This document shows, piece by piece, positions 30,396 to 40,527 of a DNA stretch of 64,000 nucleotides. Position 1 is the first letter of the stretch, and every line of letters starts with the position of its first letter. The notes beneath the pieces were generated by a model. The model saw only the letters and a program-made list of their open reading frames with translations. It did no database searches and was not told the origin of the DNA. This DNA is from an uncultured Desulfospira sp. (GTDB taxonomy: Bacteria > Desulfobacterota > Desulfobacteria > Desulfobacterales > Desulfobacteraceae), in contig OY760175.1 of assembly GCA_963663165.1 (NCBI GenBank), forward strand, positions 5,760,001 through 5,824,000, given 5' to 3'. Both the position numbers and the translations under genes were made by a program.

Positions 30396-31472
30396 GTGAA
30401 AACAATAAAATCGCTTATTTTAATAGGGATCATGGTAACCGGAATCGCAGTCCCATGGGCTGGGGCAGGGTTTACGGTAGGCCATGAGCATACGGATCTG
30501 TCACAGATTCCCGATGAATGGATTGATGCCGCTAAAGAAAATTTACAGATTGCCTATAACCACACCTCCCATGGCAGCCAGATTATTACGGGCTTAAACG
30601 CCCTTGAGAACTATCCGGCTTTTGGGGATAAATACAACTGGACTGACACGGAAAACTATGACACTGACAGCTTGAGCCTTGATAATAATGGTATTCCGGG
30701 TGAAGCCGATCTGAGCCAGGGCGATGTGGACTCAGATTCCGACGGGGTTGCAGACTGGGCAGAAGACACCTATGCCTATTTGACGGCAAAAGAGGGCGAT
30801 GGCAGTTATACCCACGATGAAATCAACGTCGTCATGTGGTCCTGGTGCAGCATTGCCGGCCATAATATCAACCGTTACTTAAACAGCATGGAATGGCTTA
30901 TCGCACAGTTCAGTGAGGGGGGAAGCGATGCCCGGGCCGCTGTTCATCCGGTTCAGTTTGTGTTTATGACCGGCCATGCCGAGGGGGGCGGGGAAGGGGA
31001 TTCTTCGGACAGCCGGAATGAAGTGATCAGGGCTCATTGTACGGCAAATGACCGGATACTCTTTGATTTTTCCGATATTGAAAATTATGATCCGGACGGC
31101 AACTATTTTCTGGATAAGAACGTAACCGATGCGTTGTACTATGATCTTATGGGTTCCCATGACGCCAATTGGGCATCGGACTACCTGGACCGCCATCTAT
31201 GGGAGGAACTGGCCTTGCTTACCCACGGGGTGGATGGGTACAGTGGGTGCAGTTCCTGTGCCCATTCAGACGGGCCTGACAATGATGCCCGGCTCAACTG
31301 TGTTCTCAAAGGCCGGGCCGCCTGGTACCTGTTCGCCCGCCTGGCCGGATGGTCGGGGTGTATTCAGGATATAGACGAAGACGTGGACGTGGACGGCGAA
31401 GACCTGGCCGCCTTTGCCCAGGATTTTTCTTTAAGCTGCCTGGAGGAAATGGCCCAGGCATTTGGAAATTAA
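30396..31472 (+). CDS. Secreted conserved hypothetical protein (possible SGNH-like hydrolase) with C-terminal dockerin-like tag
   Basis: AAGGAGG RBS before a GTG start, signal peptide, HTSHGSQ, MWSWC, FDFSDIE, CAHS, C-terminal DIDEDVDVDGEDLAAF...AQAFG. Confidence 0.8.
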   Translation: MKTIKSLILIGIMVTGIAVPWAGAGFTVGHEHTDLSQIPDEWIDAAKENLQIAYNHTSHGSQIITGLNALENYPAFGDKYNWTDTENYDTDSLSLDNNGIPGEADLSQGDVDSDSDGVADWAEDTYAYLTAKEGDGSYTHDEINVVMWSWCSIAGHNINRYLNSMEWLIAQFSEGGSDARAAVHPVQFVFMTGHAEGGGEGDSSDSRNEVIRAHCTANDRILFDFSDIENYDPDGNYFLDKNVTDALYYDLMGSHDANWASDYLDRHLWEELALLTHGVDGYSGCSSCAHSDGPDNDARLNCVLKGRAAWYLFARLAGWSGCIQDIDEDVDVDGEDLAAFAQDFSLSCLEEMAQAFGN

Positions 31473-31589
31473 ATCGGGGGTTGCATTATCCGGTTTTGTT
31501 CAACAATGAACCAGACGGGTTGATTTTCTTTAAAACGGGAAAACAACCCGTTTGCTTTTGAAATGACGGTCTGATAAAAGACAACTCCC

Positions 31590-32555
31590 ATGGACCAGGA
31601 AAAACAACAGCGAAGATATGAAGACCAGGCCAGGATGCTGGCCAACCGGGTCAAGAAAAAGTACCACCACCTGCGCAAACGGTATGCCCGGCAGAATCTG
31701 GAGGTATTCAGGCTCTATGACTGGGATATCCCTGAGATTCGGGCCGTGGTGGACTGGTATGCCGGCCATCTGGTCATTGGGGAGTATGCCAGAAAGCAGT
31801 CCACCCCGGACTGGCTTCCCCTCATGGGTGAGGCTGTGGCCAATGCCCTGGACGTTCCCCCAAGCCGGCTTCACCTTAAGGTCCGGAAAGCCGGGGTTAA
31901 AGAGGGAAAACGGTATGAGCGGCTCAACCATACCAACCTGATGATTCCCATGAAGGAGCGGGATCTGCAATTTTACGTCAATCCCAGCGATTACGTGGAC
32001 ACGGGCCTGTTTTCCGATCACCGGAATACCCGGATGATGGTTAGGGACCTTTCAAAGGGTAAGGCTGTCCTGAACCTTTACTGTTACACGGGCGCATTTA
32101 CCTGTTACGCCGTTAAAGGGGGCGCGGTACGGACCGTGTCCGTGGACCGGTCTAAAACAGCGGTCAAATGGGTGAAACAGAATCTTGAACTCAACGGTCT
32201 TTCCGGCCCGGAACACCGGGTCATCCAGAAAGATACCCTGGACTTTCTGGCCCGGGCCGGCAATGAATTCTCCAATTTTGACCTGGCCGTGGTGGACCCG
32301 CCGTCCTATTCCACCACAAGGACAGCGGGAAAGCACTTTGACATTGCCCGGGACCACGTGGATATGCTCAACCTTGCGTTTCAACGAATGAAACCCGGCG
32401 GCCTGGTCTTTTTCTCCACCAACCACCAGAGTTTTGAGTTAAAGGAAAACCAACTCAAGGCATCTCAATTTGAAGAGATTACCGACACCACCATTCCCGA
32501 AGACTATGTGAGCAATAGAAAAAAGATCCACCGCTGCTGGCGGATTGTGGTGTGA
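31590..32555 (+). CDS. Class I SAM rRNA methyltransferase resembling the RlmK half of RlmKL
   Basis: FRLYDWDIPE, YVDTGLFSDHR, LNLYCYTG.F, VDPPSYS, FSTN, HRCW. Confidence 0.82.
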   Translation: MDQEKQQRRYEDQARMLANRVKKKYHHLRKRYARQNLEVFRLYDWDIPEIRAVVDWYAGHLVIGEYARKQSTPDWLPLMGEAVANALDVPPSRLHLKVRKAGVKEGKRYERLNHTNLMIPMKERDLQFYVNPSDYVDTGLFSDHRNTRMMVRDLSKGKAVLNLYCYTGAFTCYAVKGGAVRTVSVDRSKTAVKWVKQNLELNGLSGPEHRVIQKDTLDFLARAGNEFSNFDLAVVDPPSYSTTRTAGKHFDIARDHVDMLNLAFQRMKPGGLVFFSTNHQSFELKENQLKASQFEEITDTTIPEDYVSNRKKIHRCWRIVV

Positions 32556-32724
32556 GTATACCGGATGATCCGGCAAAATGTATGATTTCCTGTGCCCGGG
32601 CCTGGGGAGATGGGGACCCCCTTAACCCATTAACTTAATATCGGCATTTCAGGTCTACGCATTCCGGTCTCCAGTCTTTCGGCTTCCAGTCTCCTTTCAG
32701 TTTCATTGTGCTTGCTTTAGGGCG

Positions 32725-32822
32725 GCACAGCTGATAAACATCAATTATAACTGTTCAGCAGTGCCCCACCTTCACTCATTTAAGACCTTCCCACGTAGCA
32801 CAGCACAGCTGATAAACATCAA
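32725..32822 (+). repeat. 20 bp exact direct repeat, 78 bp apart
   Basis: gcacagctgataaacatcaa at 32725-32744 and 32803-32822. Confidence 0.8.
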
Positions 32823-32896
32823 GTTATACATTGTGAGTTGGGGCGTTATGAACTCTAAAATCGGAGTCTTAGCCTTAAAAAAAAGGGGGAACGATT

Positions 32897-35044
32897 ATGG
32901 TGAAGTTATGCACCGCTTTCTGGCTGGTGGTACTGGCCTGTCTTTGGGGTCCCGGGGTGTTAACGGCCATGGCCGATGATCCGGATATTGACGTGACTTA
33001 TATTGAAAGGCTGCCCAGATACGATTATGATGCAGATAAAAATAATCCCGAGCCGGGCGACACCGTCACCTTTAACGGGCATATCCGGTATTGGGGCCAT
33101 GAATCGCTTTCCGGGGCGGATTATGCCTGGTACCTGGATGATGATTTGGTGTATAGCGGCACCCTGACTGGTATGAGTGCAGGAGAGGAGCAAATCGTCA
33201 CTTATGAATGGACCTGGGAATCCGGCAGCCACCGGATCAAACTGATGGTTGATCCTGAGGACAAGCTTGACGAGGCAAGCGAAACCAACAATTCGGTAGA
33301 AGATCTGACCAATGCCCTGAGTGTCGGATTCTGGGTTGAACAGACGGTTTATGATTACTTTCACCAGTATCAAAAAGAGCTTGGGGACGGGGCCAACTCC
33401 TGGGAGGATTGGGCCCGGCGGCAGATTGCCCGGTGGAACCTCATGTGTGAAGAGGCAGTTTGGCCCACGTCTCCAAATGGTGTGATCGACCGTTTCCGGC
33501 TTGATAAAGTCGTGATCGTATCGGACGGTGCCCTGCCGCTGTCCTGGGGGGGGCTTGCGACCAACTATCCCAATGCCGACGACAAGACCGTGGACCTCAT
33601 GTGGGGTTTTCCTGCGACCTCGGACATGACCGACTTTTACGGCGATCACACATCCACTGAGGATGACAACGCCTTTTATATAGAAAAGTCCCTGCTTCAT
33701 GAACTCGGGCATGCCCGCTACCTGATCGATAATTACGGGTTTGATGTCCACAATACGTCAAGCCACCACGCGGTTCAGATTTATGAAGGCGATACCTATG
33801 TGGCCGGCAGCCATTATATGCCCTTTCTGGCATACGATGAGGTCCTGTATTACAACACCAGCGGCGGCGTTATGGAAGGGCCTTACGATTTTGCCTGGTC
33901 ACCCTATGAAGCGGCCGCGCTCAACCTCATTGCCGGCCGGCGGGCCACCTGCGGAAATTATAACGCCCCTTGCAATATCGGCGTGTTTTTGCAGGATCTG
34001 CCCGGAAACAATCACATCCTCATTGTGGACAAGGCCGGGGAGCCCATGCCGTTTGCCGGTGTGACCGTTTATAATGTTGAAAGCGGCTCAGGCTGGTACG
34101 GTAAAACCATTGACAATATACCGGATCAAACCTATACCGCCGATGCCGACGGGTACATTCACCTGCCCCGCAACCCCTTTAACCCCGGTGGGGACATCAT
34201 CCATGGCTATGGGCATGCCAATGGGACCATGATTCTGCGCATCGAATATGAAGATCATGTCTGGTACCGCTTCCAGGAAGTCACGGACTACAACATGGAA
34301 TACTGGAAGGGCAACACCGAGGATGCTTATTATACCGTTGCAACGGACCTGGTGCCCGAACAGGCCTGCCCGCCGGCCGACATGGCTGAAAATAATGCCC
34401 AGGACTGGGAAGGATGGGCTCAAGAGCCCATTGACTGGGACTCCTACTTTGAAAACGATACAACCCTTACGGTCTCAGGCGATGCTTCGGTTAAATTCGT
34501 TACCGATGGGGGATGGGAGACTTACCTGCGGTACCCCGGTGCCTATGAGGCCCATTGGGACCTGAGCGGTTGTGATTATCTTTATATCAGCTTTTACGCC
34601 GAAAATCCCAGCGACTATAATTTTCAGGAGGGTCCGAAAGTCCGCCTGGTGGACCAGGACGGGAATTATTATGAATACAATTTCTATGACAACGGGAACG
34701 TACAGACCCTGCTCAATGATGCGGTAGGCCAGTGGATCCACCTTGAAATTCCGCTGGATGCCCCTGAAAGTCGGGAATACGGCTGGGGCCGCAGCGCCAA
34801 AGGCACCCCCGATCTCACCGACATCCGCTATCTGGAGATCCATGCCGATACCTGGGACAGCGGCTTTATCCTGTGGGTTGATCAGGTCTATTTTGATCCA
34901 GCGCCGCCCTGCTGCCAGAGCGACCTGGACGGTGACGGTGACGTAGACGGCAAAGACCTGCAAATGCTTACGGCAGATCTTTCCAAAGTGACTTTGTCTG
35001 TGTTTGCACAAGAATTCGGAACTGAAGCCTGTTCAGGGCTTTAA
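32897..35044 (+). CDS. Secreted CARDB + zinc metallopeptidase-like + carbohydrate-binding-like protein with C-terminal dockerin-like tag
   Basis: Signal peptide, CARDB VDPEDKLDEASETNN, HExxH LLHELGH, jelly-roll-like domain (WDLS...GQW.HLEIP...LWVDQVYF), C-terminal DLDGDGDVDGKDL...FAQEFG. Confidence 0.82.
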   Translation: MVKLCTAFWLVVLACLWGPGVLTAMADDPDIDVTYIERLPRYDYDADKNNPEPGDTVTFNGHIRYWGHESLSGADYAWYLDDDLVYSGTLTGMSAGEEQIVTYEWTWESGSHRIKLMVDPEDKLDEASETNNSVEDLTNALSVGFWVEQTVYDYFHQYQKELGDGANSWEDWARRQIARWNLMCEEAVWPTSPNGVIDRFRLDKVVIVSDGALPLSWGGLATNYPNADDKTVDLMWGFPATSDMTDFYGDHTSTEDDNAFYIEKSLLHELGHARYLIDNYGFDVHNTSSHHAVQIYEGDTYVAGSHYMPFLAYDEVLYYNTSGGVMEGPYDFAWSPYEAAALNLIAGRRATCGNYNAPCNIGVFLQDLPGNNHILIVDKAGEPMPFAGVTVYNVESGSGWYGKTIDNIPDQTYTADADGYIHLPRNPFNPGGDIIHGYGHANGTMILRIEYEDHVWYRFQEVTDYNMEYWKGNTEDAYYTVATDLVPEQACPPADMAENNAQDWEGWAQEPIDWDSYFENDTTLTVSGDASVKFVTDGGWETYLRYPGAYEAHWDLSGCDYLYISFYAENPSDYNFQEGPKVRLVDQDGNYYEYNFYDNGNVQTLLNDAVGQWIHLEIPLDAPESREYGWGRSAKGTPDLTDIRYLEIHADTWDSGFILWVDQVYFDPAPPCCQSDLDGDGDVDGKDLQMLTADLSKVTLSVFAQEFGTEACSGL

Positions 35045-35053
35045 GAGAATTTT

Positions 35054-35311
35054 GGGGACGTTATTTGATTTTATATAACGGCCACGGGCCGTCTTGGTTA
35101 TCCAACCAAGCACCGCCCACAACAAATATTGAAAGTCTTCTCAGGACCTTAGTGAGACTTTCTTATAAACGGCCACGGGCCACAAGCCCACAACGAATAA
35201 TGAAACTGAAGATACCAGCAACGGTAGACTATAAATTGGGCACCGCAGGTGCTTCGCCCTCTTGTCTCTTGTTTCTTGTCTCCAGTTTCTTATAAATTAG
35301 ATATCGTCCCC
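35054..35311. mobile_element. MITE-like element with imperfect terminal inverted repeats, carrying a 91 bp three-hairpin unit
   Basis: Left end GGGGACGTTATTTGATT; right end reverse complement GGGGACGATATCTAATT. The internal unit is shared with 55545-55746. Confidence 0.55.
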
Positions 35312-35507
35312 GGATTTTCAGCGGTTATCAGACGGCTTTGCCGGTGTTTTCAAGAATTTGCCGGTCTTTTGTCAGCAATTGGTTTTGGCTTACTGCGGCG
35401 GCCTGTCCCTTAACGGTGTTAAACTCCTTAGTGCCTGGTTATTTTTCCACCAGACACAGAATTTTCGTTCAGACACAAATTATGGTGTGACAGGTGAAGG
35501 GGGCTGT

Positions 35508-35789
35508 TTAGTATGGCCTTCTCCTGAAAGACTTCTTTTTTTTCTTTCCCCCGGAATCGGCGTGGTTCACCTTGATGGGCTTTTTATCCACCACGTTGCC
35601 ATTCAATGCCTTGATGGCCTTATCCGCTTCAGAATTGCTCGGCATTTCCACAAAAGCAAATCCTTTTGGGTATCCTTTAAACCGGTCCTTTATAATTTTA
35701 ACACTTTTCACTTCGCCAAAGGCTTCAAACATCTGTCTGAGTGTATCTTCCGTCGTCTGTACCGTTAGATTGCCAACATAGATATTCAT
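35508..35789 (-). CDS. RRM (RNP-1) RNA-binding protein
   Basis: RNP2 IYVGNL and RNP1 KGFAFVEM. Confidence 0.93.
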   Translation of the reverse strand: MNIYVGNLTVQTTEDTLRQMFEAFGEVKSVKIIKDRFKGYPKGFAFVEMPSNSEADKAIKALNGNVVDKKPIKVNHADSGGKKKKKSFRRRPY

Positions 35790-35847
35790 TTGTTTGTCCT
35801 TTTCATGTGAAAGTCTTGCATTTTTTAAGTCACAGCGTTACAGCCGT

Positions 35848-36972
35848 TTAAGCGGGAAGTAACGACTCCTGGGTCATCTTTTTTCCAATTGCTTTTTCAA
35901 TTAAGGCAATGGTTTTATTGTCCGCCATGGTTGCAAAGGTATAGGCCTGGCCTGACTGGTTGGCCCTGCCGGTTCGGCCGGTTCTGTGAATATAGGTTTC
36001 AACCGTATCGGGCAGATCATAGTTGATCACATGGGAAACCCCGGATACATCAATTCCCCTGGCAGCGATATCCGTTGCCACCAGAATTTTAAAAGCGCCG
36101 TTTCGAAACCCCGTCATTGCCCTTTGCCGCTGGTTCTGGGATAAATTCCCCTGCAAAGAGACCGCGTTGAATCCTGATTTTTTTAATTGAACGGCAAGGC
36201 TTTTGGCCTTGTGTTTGGTTCGGGTAAACACAATGGTGCTGGCCATGCCGTTTTTGGCAAACAGCGTCTTGAGCAGGGCCGTCCGGTTTTCTTTTTGGAC
36301 ATTAAACCGGCCGTGGGCGATGCGGGGTGCCGGCTGTGTGTGGTTGACCTGAACCTTAACGGGGTGGTGTAAAATGTCCTGAACCAGATTTTCGATCATT
36401 TTTGGCATGGTCGCAGAGAAAACCAGGGACTGGCGGTTTTGGGGAAGGACCCGGATAATCCGCTTGATGTCGGGCAAAAATCCCATATCAAGCATCTGAT
36501 CCGCCTCGTCCAGAACCAGAATTTTGATCCCTTTAAGCGTGATGGCCTTTTCATTCATAAGATCGAGCAGCCGCCCCGGGCATGCCACAATGATATCCAC
36601 GCCTTTTTTAAGGGCATTTATCTGAAGGTGTTTTCCAACCCCGCCGTAAACGGCCACACTTTTAACAGAGGTGTGACGGGCCATCATTTTAATACTTTCA
36701 TGAATCTGCTCGGCCAGTTCCCGGGTGGGGGCCATGACCAAGGCTGACGGTGATCCCGAAGTTTCGGTAGAAGATCTTTTGAGCAGGTCCTGGAGAATGG
36801 GCAGTACAAAGGCAACGGTCTTTCCGGTGCCGGTCTGGGCCAGGCCAAGGATATCTTTCCCGTCAAGAATGGGGGGGATGGCTTTTTGCTGGATGGGACT
36901 TGGGCGGGTGTAGCCCGCATCGTGAATGCCTGACTGGATGTCAGGGTGAAAATTAAACTGGGTAAAATGCAT
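35848..36972 (-). CDS. DEAD-box RNA helicase (RhlE-like)
   Basis: Q motif PSPIQ, AQTGTGKT, PTRELA, DEAD, SAT, ATDIAARGID, HRTGRTGR. Confidence 0.95.
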   Translation of the reverse strand: MHFTQFNFHPDIQSGIHDAGYTRPSPIQQKAIPPILDGKDILGLAQTGTGKTVAFVLPILQDLLKRSSTETSGSPSALVMAPTRELAEQIHESIKMMARHTSVKSVAVYGGVGKHLQINALKKGVDIIVACPGRLLDLMNEKAITLKGIKILVLDEADQMLDMGFLPDIKRIIRVLPQNRQSLVFSATMPKMIENLVQDILHHPVKVQVNHTQPAPRIAHGRFNVQKENRTALLKTLFAKNGMASTIVFTRTKHKAKSLAVQLKKSGFNAVSLQGNLSQNQRQRAMTGFRNGAFKILVATDIAARGIDVSGVSHVINYDLPDTVETYIHRTGRTGRANQSGQAYTFATMADNKTIALIEKAIGKKMTQESLLPA

Positions 36973-37065
36973 TAAAGCTCCTGAAAGCAGACTTTTTTAG
37001 TCCAAGCTGGACTGACCGCATGTGTTTTGAAGGTGTATGGTCTGCTTATAATTTTGTTAAAATAA

Positions 37066-37098
37066 AAAGCCCCTGAGAACAGAATCCTCAGGGGCTTT
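37066..37098 (-). terminator. Intrinsic terminator downstream of the cold-shock gene
   Basis: Stem aaagcccctgag...ctcaggggcttt, followed on the - strand by a T-rich run. Confidence 0.7.
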
Positions 37099-37215
37099 AT
37101 TGACTGTTCATATGAAAGGCACCGCAACGTTCCGGCATTCTTTCATGTTGGTTGCGGGCAGGCCTGAAAATAAAGGTCAGGCTGGCCCATGGACCGTATA
37201 AGAAAAAGTGGTTTC

Positions 37216-37419
37216 CTACAGCACGGTGACATTTGCAGCAGACGGCCCTTTGGGGCCCTGCTCGATTTCAAAAGTGACTTGATCACCTTCGTTCAATGAC
37301 TTGAATCCTTGTGCGTTAATGCCGGAATGATGGACAAAAACATCTTTGCCGCCATCTTCTACTTCGATAAATCCAAAACCTTTAGCCTCGTTGAACCACT
37401 TTACAGTACCTTTTGCCAT
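37216..37419 (-). CDS. cspA: Cold-shock protein
   Basis: GTVKWFN..KGFGFI...DVFVHHS...GFKSL.EG..V.F. Confidence 0.95.
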   Translation of the reverse strand: MAKGTVKWFNEAKGFGFIEVEDGGKDVFVHHSGINAQGFKSLNEGDQVTFEIEQGPKGPSAANVTVL

Positions 37420-37539
37420 ATTGGCATTCTCCTAAATAAAAAAATAAAAATTTGCTTCTAACTTTGGGGAGTACCCGCATAAATGGGGATTACACCTTTG
37501 GGAAGGAACATAAGTACATACAAAATGCACATCCTTCGT

Positions 37540-37567
37540 ATAATACCGGAAAAATAAAGAATGTCAA
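37540..37567 (-). promoter_or_regulatory. sigma70 promoter of cspA, giving a ~110 nt leader
   Basis: TTGACA-16 bp-TATTAT on the - strand. Confidence 0.6.
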
Positions 37568-37602
37568 GAACATTGATCTGCAGGGTCAGGGTAACCGCAG
37601 AA

Positions 37603-37820
37603 TCCGGCATGATATTTGGGTGTGGTTGGTGAATTTTATAATGTAAAAAAAGGAAACCGGAGAAAAGGAGACGGGAGACCGGATGAGGCGGTGTTGTTGG
37701 GTCGGCCGTAGGGGCGATTCATGAATCGCCCCTACACCGTCATCACATGTAATGTGAAAATCCAAGATTCAATTTTATTGGAGATGCAGTGTTCCATTTC
37801 AAATGCCGGTACCCTGGAAA
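37603..37820. repeat. Composite REP element, copy B (short form)
   Basis: Perfect palindrome GTAGGGGCGATTCATGAATCGCCCCTAC at 37708-37735. Flanks match copies A and C but the GTTG palindrome block is absent. Confidence 0.85.
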
Positions 37821-37825
37821 ATTGA

Positions 37826-38992
37826 TCATTTGGGCGGGGGAATTATTTTTTCAAATATTTCGTCTGCCACGCTGATGACATCCATAGATGGATCATAACC
37901 GATCGCTTTGGCGGTTTCCAGGTTAATGGCGATTTTGGAGGGCGCCTCAAACAGCTGGTCAATGTCCCTGGGTTTGGCCCCGTTGAAAATCTTGGCCATG
38001 GTATCGGCATAAAACCGTCCCACATATTGAAAATTGGCCCTGGAAATGCTCATTAAAAATCCGTATTTCACCTGTTCGGAATGGGACTGGGTAAAGGTGG
38101 GGATTTTGCATTCATTGGCAATGTTTACCAATTCCGGAATACTGTTGGCATGGACACCGTTCTGGGCGGTGACATAAATGGCATCTGCGGTTTTGCAAAG
38201 GGTCTTAAAGCATGTTTGAACACTTTCTTCATCTTTTTTGATATCACCACTTTCGTCTGTGGTAAAACAGGGCACAATTTGGAAACCGGTTTCAGCGGCC
38301 ACTTTTTTTACGCTGTCAAGGGCGGCGTAACTGCGGCCCTGCTCGGTGTCCTGGTAGGCGATGCCAAGTCTGTCAAATCCCACAAAGTGGTGAAATACCC
38401 GGATTTGCCGTTCGTGGCGATAGGGATCTACCCGGGCATGGACGTGGTCGTAGCCTGAATCTTCCACACTCTTGATGATCCCTGCGGCTAAGGGGTCTGT
38501 GGTTGAAATGACAAGGGTGGGGACATGATGGTCGTTTGTAGCTAAGCTTAACCCGGCCCGGGTGCCGGCCGCAATGATCAGGTCAATATCCTTTTGGTTG
38601 TTCAGCCGGGCAATGATCTGAGGGGCCATTTTTGCGATAACGGCTTTGTCCCAGTTTCCGGTATAATGGCCGTCGGCAACGAATTCAATATATTGGCTTT
38701 GGGTGTCGGCGCAAAGCCATTTCCACAGGCCGGCGGTCTGCTCACCGGTCTGCTCCGGGATGGTGGCTCTTTCCATCCACCCCATATCCATCAATGCCCT
38801 GATAATCCCCAGAAAGTTGAGCTGGTAATTGATATAATCCCCCCCTTCAAAATACCCGATCCGCCATTTTTTGCCGTTATGGGTGACCGGGGCGGTGGAA
38901 AAATCCCCTTTGTCGGCCGCCAGGGCCAGGGCGCAGCCTAACAGGGAAAAAAGAAGCAGGGTTGACGCTGTGATCTTATGAAACATTTTCAT
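37826..38992 (-). CDS. Periplasmic ABC-type substrate-binding protein (PF04392-like)
   Basis: Signal peptide, TDPLAAGII, KIFNGAKPRDI.Q.FE...KIAINLETAKAIG. Confidence 0.82.
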   Translation of the reverse strand: MKMFHKITASTLLLFSLLGCALALAADKGDFSTAPVTHNGKKWRIGYFEGGDYINYQLNFLGIIRALMDMGWMERATIPEQTGEQTAGLWKWLCADTQSQYIEFVADGHYTGNWDKAVIAKMAPQIIARLNNQKDIDLIIAAGTRAGLSLATNDHHVPTLVISTTDPLAAGIIKSVEDSGYDHVHARVDPYRHERQIRVFHHFVGFDRLGIAYQDTEQGRSYAALDSVKKVAAETGFQIVPCFTTDESGDIKKDEESVQTCFKTLCKTADAIYVTAQNGVHANSIPELVNIANECKIPTFTQSHSEQVKYGFLMSISRANFQYVGRFYADTMAKIFNGAKPRDIDQLFEAPSKIAINLETAKAIGYDPSMDVISVADEIFEKIIPPPK

Positions 38993-39044
38993 CAGTGATG
39001 TTCCTTTTGCTAAATTGCCGTTGTCCCTACGTTAAAACGGCTGA

Positions 39045-40490
39045 TCAGAAAGAAATCGAAGTTTTCAGCTGGTACAGTATCCAGTGCTTTTCCAGCTCAT
39101 CATCCTGCTGAAAGCTGTATCCGGTGCCAAAGCCCTCATTGAAGTTTACCCCGGCTTTGATGATCCAGTAATCATTGATATCAAACCGGGCATTGAACGA
39201 CAGGGTATTCTGGTAGCCGTACAATCCGATGGGGACTCCGCTGGCGTTGAGGGTCTCGCCTTTTTTGTCATTTTGATCGGTCCAGTATTCAGAGTAGGAT
39301 GCCTCAGCAGCAAACCAGTCGGTAAATCGATAACTGCCAAGGACGTACCATCCGGCCGGTTTGATCTCATCCATTTGCTGGTCGTAAAGGGTGGTGTCCC
39401 CGCTGTGGAGACTGTAGTGATAGCTGAGCCTGGCGACTCTGTATTCCGCAGCCAGGACCAGATTTCCCCATGTGTATTCAACGCCTGCAGCGATGTTGCT
39501 GAAGCTCTTGTCCATGACGCTGGCCGAAGGGGTGATGGTGTTGCCGGATCCGGGCGGGAACTCAATGGTTTTGGCCCCATTGATCTCAAGCTTGCCAACC
39601 TGGTAATTGAGGTTGAGATTCAGCCCCTCAAGCGGGGTCTGCCATGTCAGGGCACCGGCCAGAACATCGTCTATCCGCACCGTTGTAATGGAGTCTTCAT
39701 CCATAAGTCCGGTGGTGGAAAAGGCCATGGCAATCTCTCCATCGGAATCGGCGTCATTACCGCCGTAAAGAAGGCTGTAACTCAAGGTGCCGAGCATGTT
39801 TAAATCCAGGGTGCCGTATAAGGAAACCCCCAGTAAATCATTGGTCATCTCCCGGATATTTTCGCTGTAGAACCCCTGGGGCAGCAGCACTCCGATACGG
39901 GCGGAATCAATATCCCGGCTCTCATTGTAAAGCCCGAAAGGGATTTTAAGGATACCGGCCCGGAACCCGAGTTCATCCTGCCAGGTATAATCCATATTTG
40001 CCCAGTCAACACGGATCTCATTGTTGACAAAATCTCCCATATCCCGGGACATGAGCTGAATGCCCGCCCGCAGTCTGTCGGTCAGGCTGGATGAAAAGTT
40101 TACGGTAAACTCATTGTAATCCAGCATCCCGTCACTGGAGTCCCCAGACCAGTTGTTGTGGTCTGAATATAAAAATCCCTGGGCCAGGGACGCATGGATT
40201 TCAACCCGGTCCATGACGCGTTCGTCCCGGGCTTTCATTGCCGCTACCTCTGTATGGACGAGTTCCCGGACACCCTCGCCGCCCAGATGTTTGCCGGGAT
40301 CCGACAGCTGCTCCTTGAGCCGGGAAACCTCCTTTTGCAGGTCCTGGATCATCCGGTACAGATCCTGTTTTGTCATCTGGTCTGTTTTATCTTTGGTGTC
40401 ATTACCGGTATCCCCGGAAAAGGCCGGGCCTGCAACGAACAACGAGGTCAGAATTAAACATACCACCCCACGGATGAACCGCTTCTTCAT
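39045..40490 (-). CDS. Putative outer-membrane beta-barrel/porin with N-terminal coiled coil
   Basis: Signal peptide, heptad region, amphipathic strands (VDWA..DY, RAG..KIPFGLYNE.RD), C-terminal Phe. Confidence 0.72.
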   Translation of the reverse strand: MKKRFIRGVVCLILTSLFVAGPAFSGDTGNDTKDKTDQMTKQDLYRMIQDLQKEVSRLKEQLSDPGKHLGGEGVRELVHTEVAAMKARDERVMDRVEIHASLAQGFLYSDHNNWSGDSSDGMLDYNEFTVNFSSSLTDRLRAGIQLMSRDMGDFVNNEIRVDWANMDYTWQDELGFRAGILKIPFGLYNESRDIDSARIGVLLPQGFYSENIREMTNDLLGVSLYGTLDLNMLGTLSYSLLYGGNDADSDGEIAMAFSTTGLMDEDSITTVRIDDVLAGALTWQTPLEGLNLNLNYQVGKLEINGAKTIEFPPGSGNTITPSASVMDKSFSNIAAGVEYTWGNLVLAAEYRVARLSYHYSLHSGDTTLYDQQMDEIKPAGWYVLGSYRFTDWFAAEASYSEYWTDQNDKKGETLNASGVPIGLYGYQNTLSFNARFDINDYWIIKAGVNFNEGFGTGYSFQQDDELEKHWILYQLKTSISF

Positions 40491-40527
40491 TTTTCCCTCA
40501 CTTTTTTTATATATCGGACAGGGCTGT

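Noticed and set aside
32725..32822. Possible mini-CRISPR
   Set aside because: Only two 20 bp repeats with a 58 bp gap, and no leader or cas genes.
35325..35430. Small - strand ORF after a TAAGGAG RBS-like sequence
   Set aside because: The only suitably placed start is GTT and there is no recognisable product.
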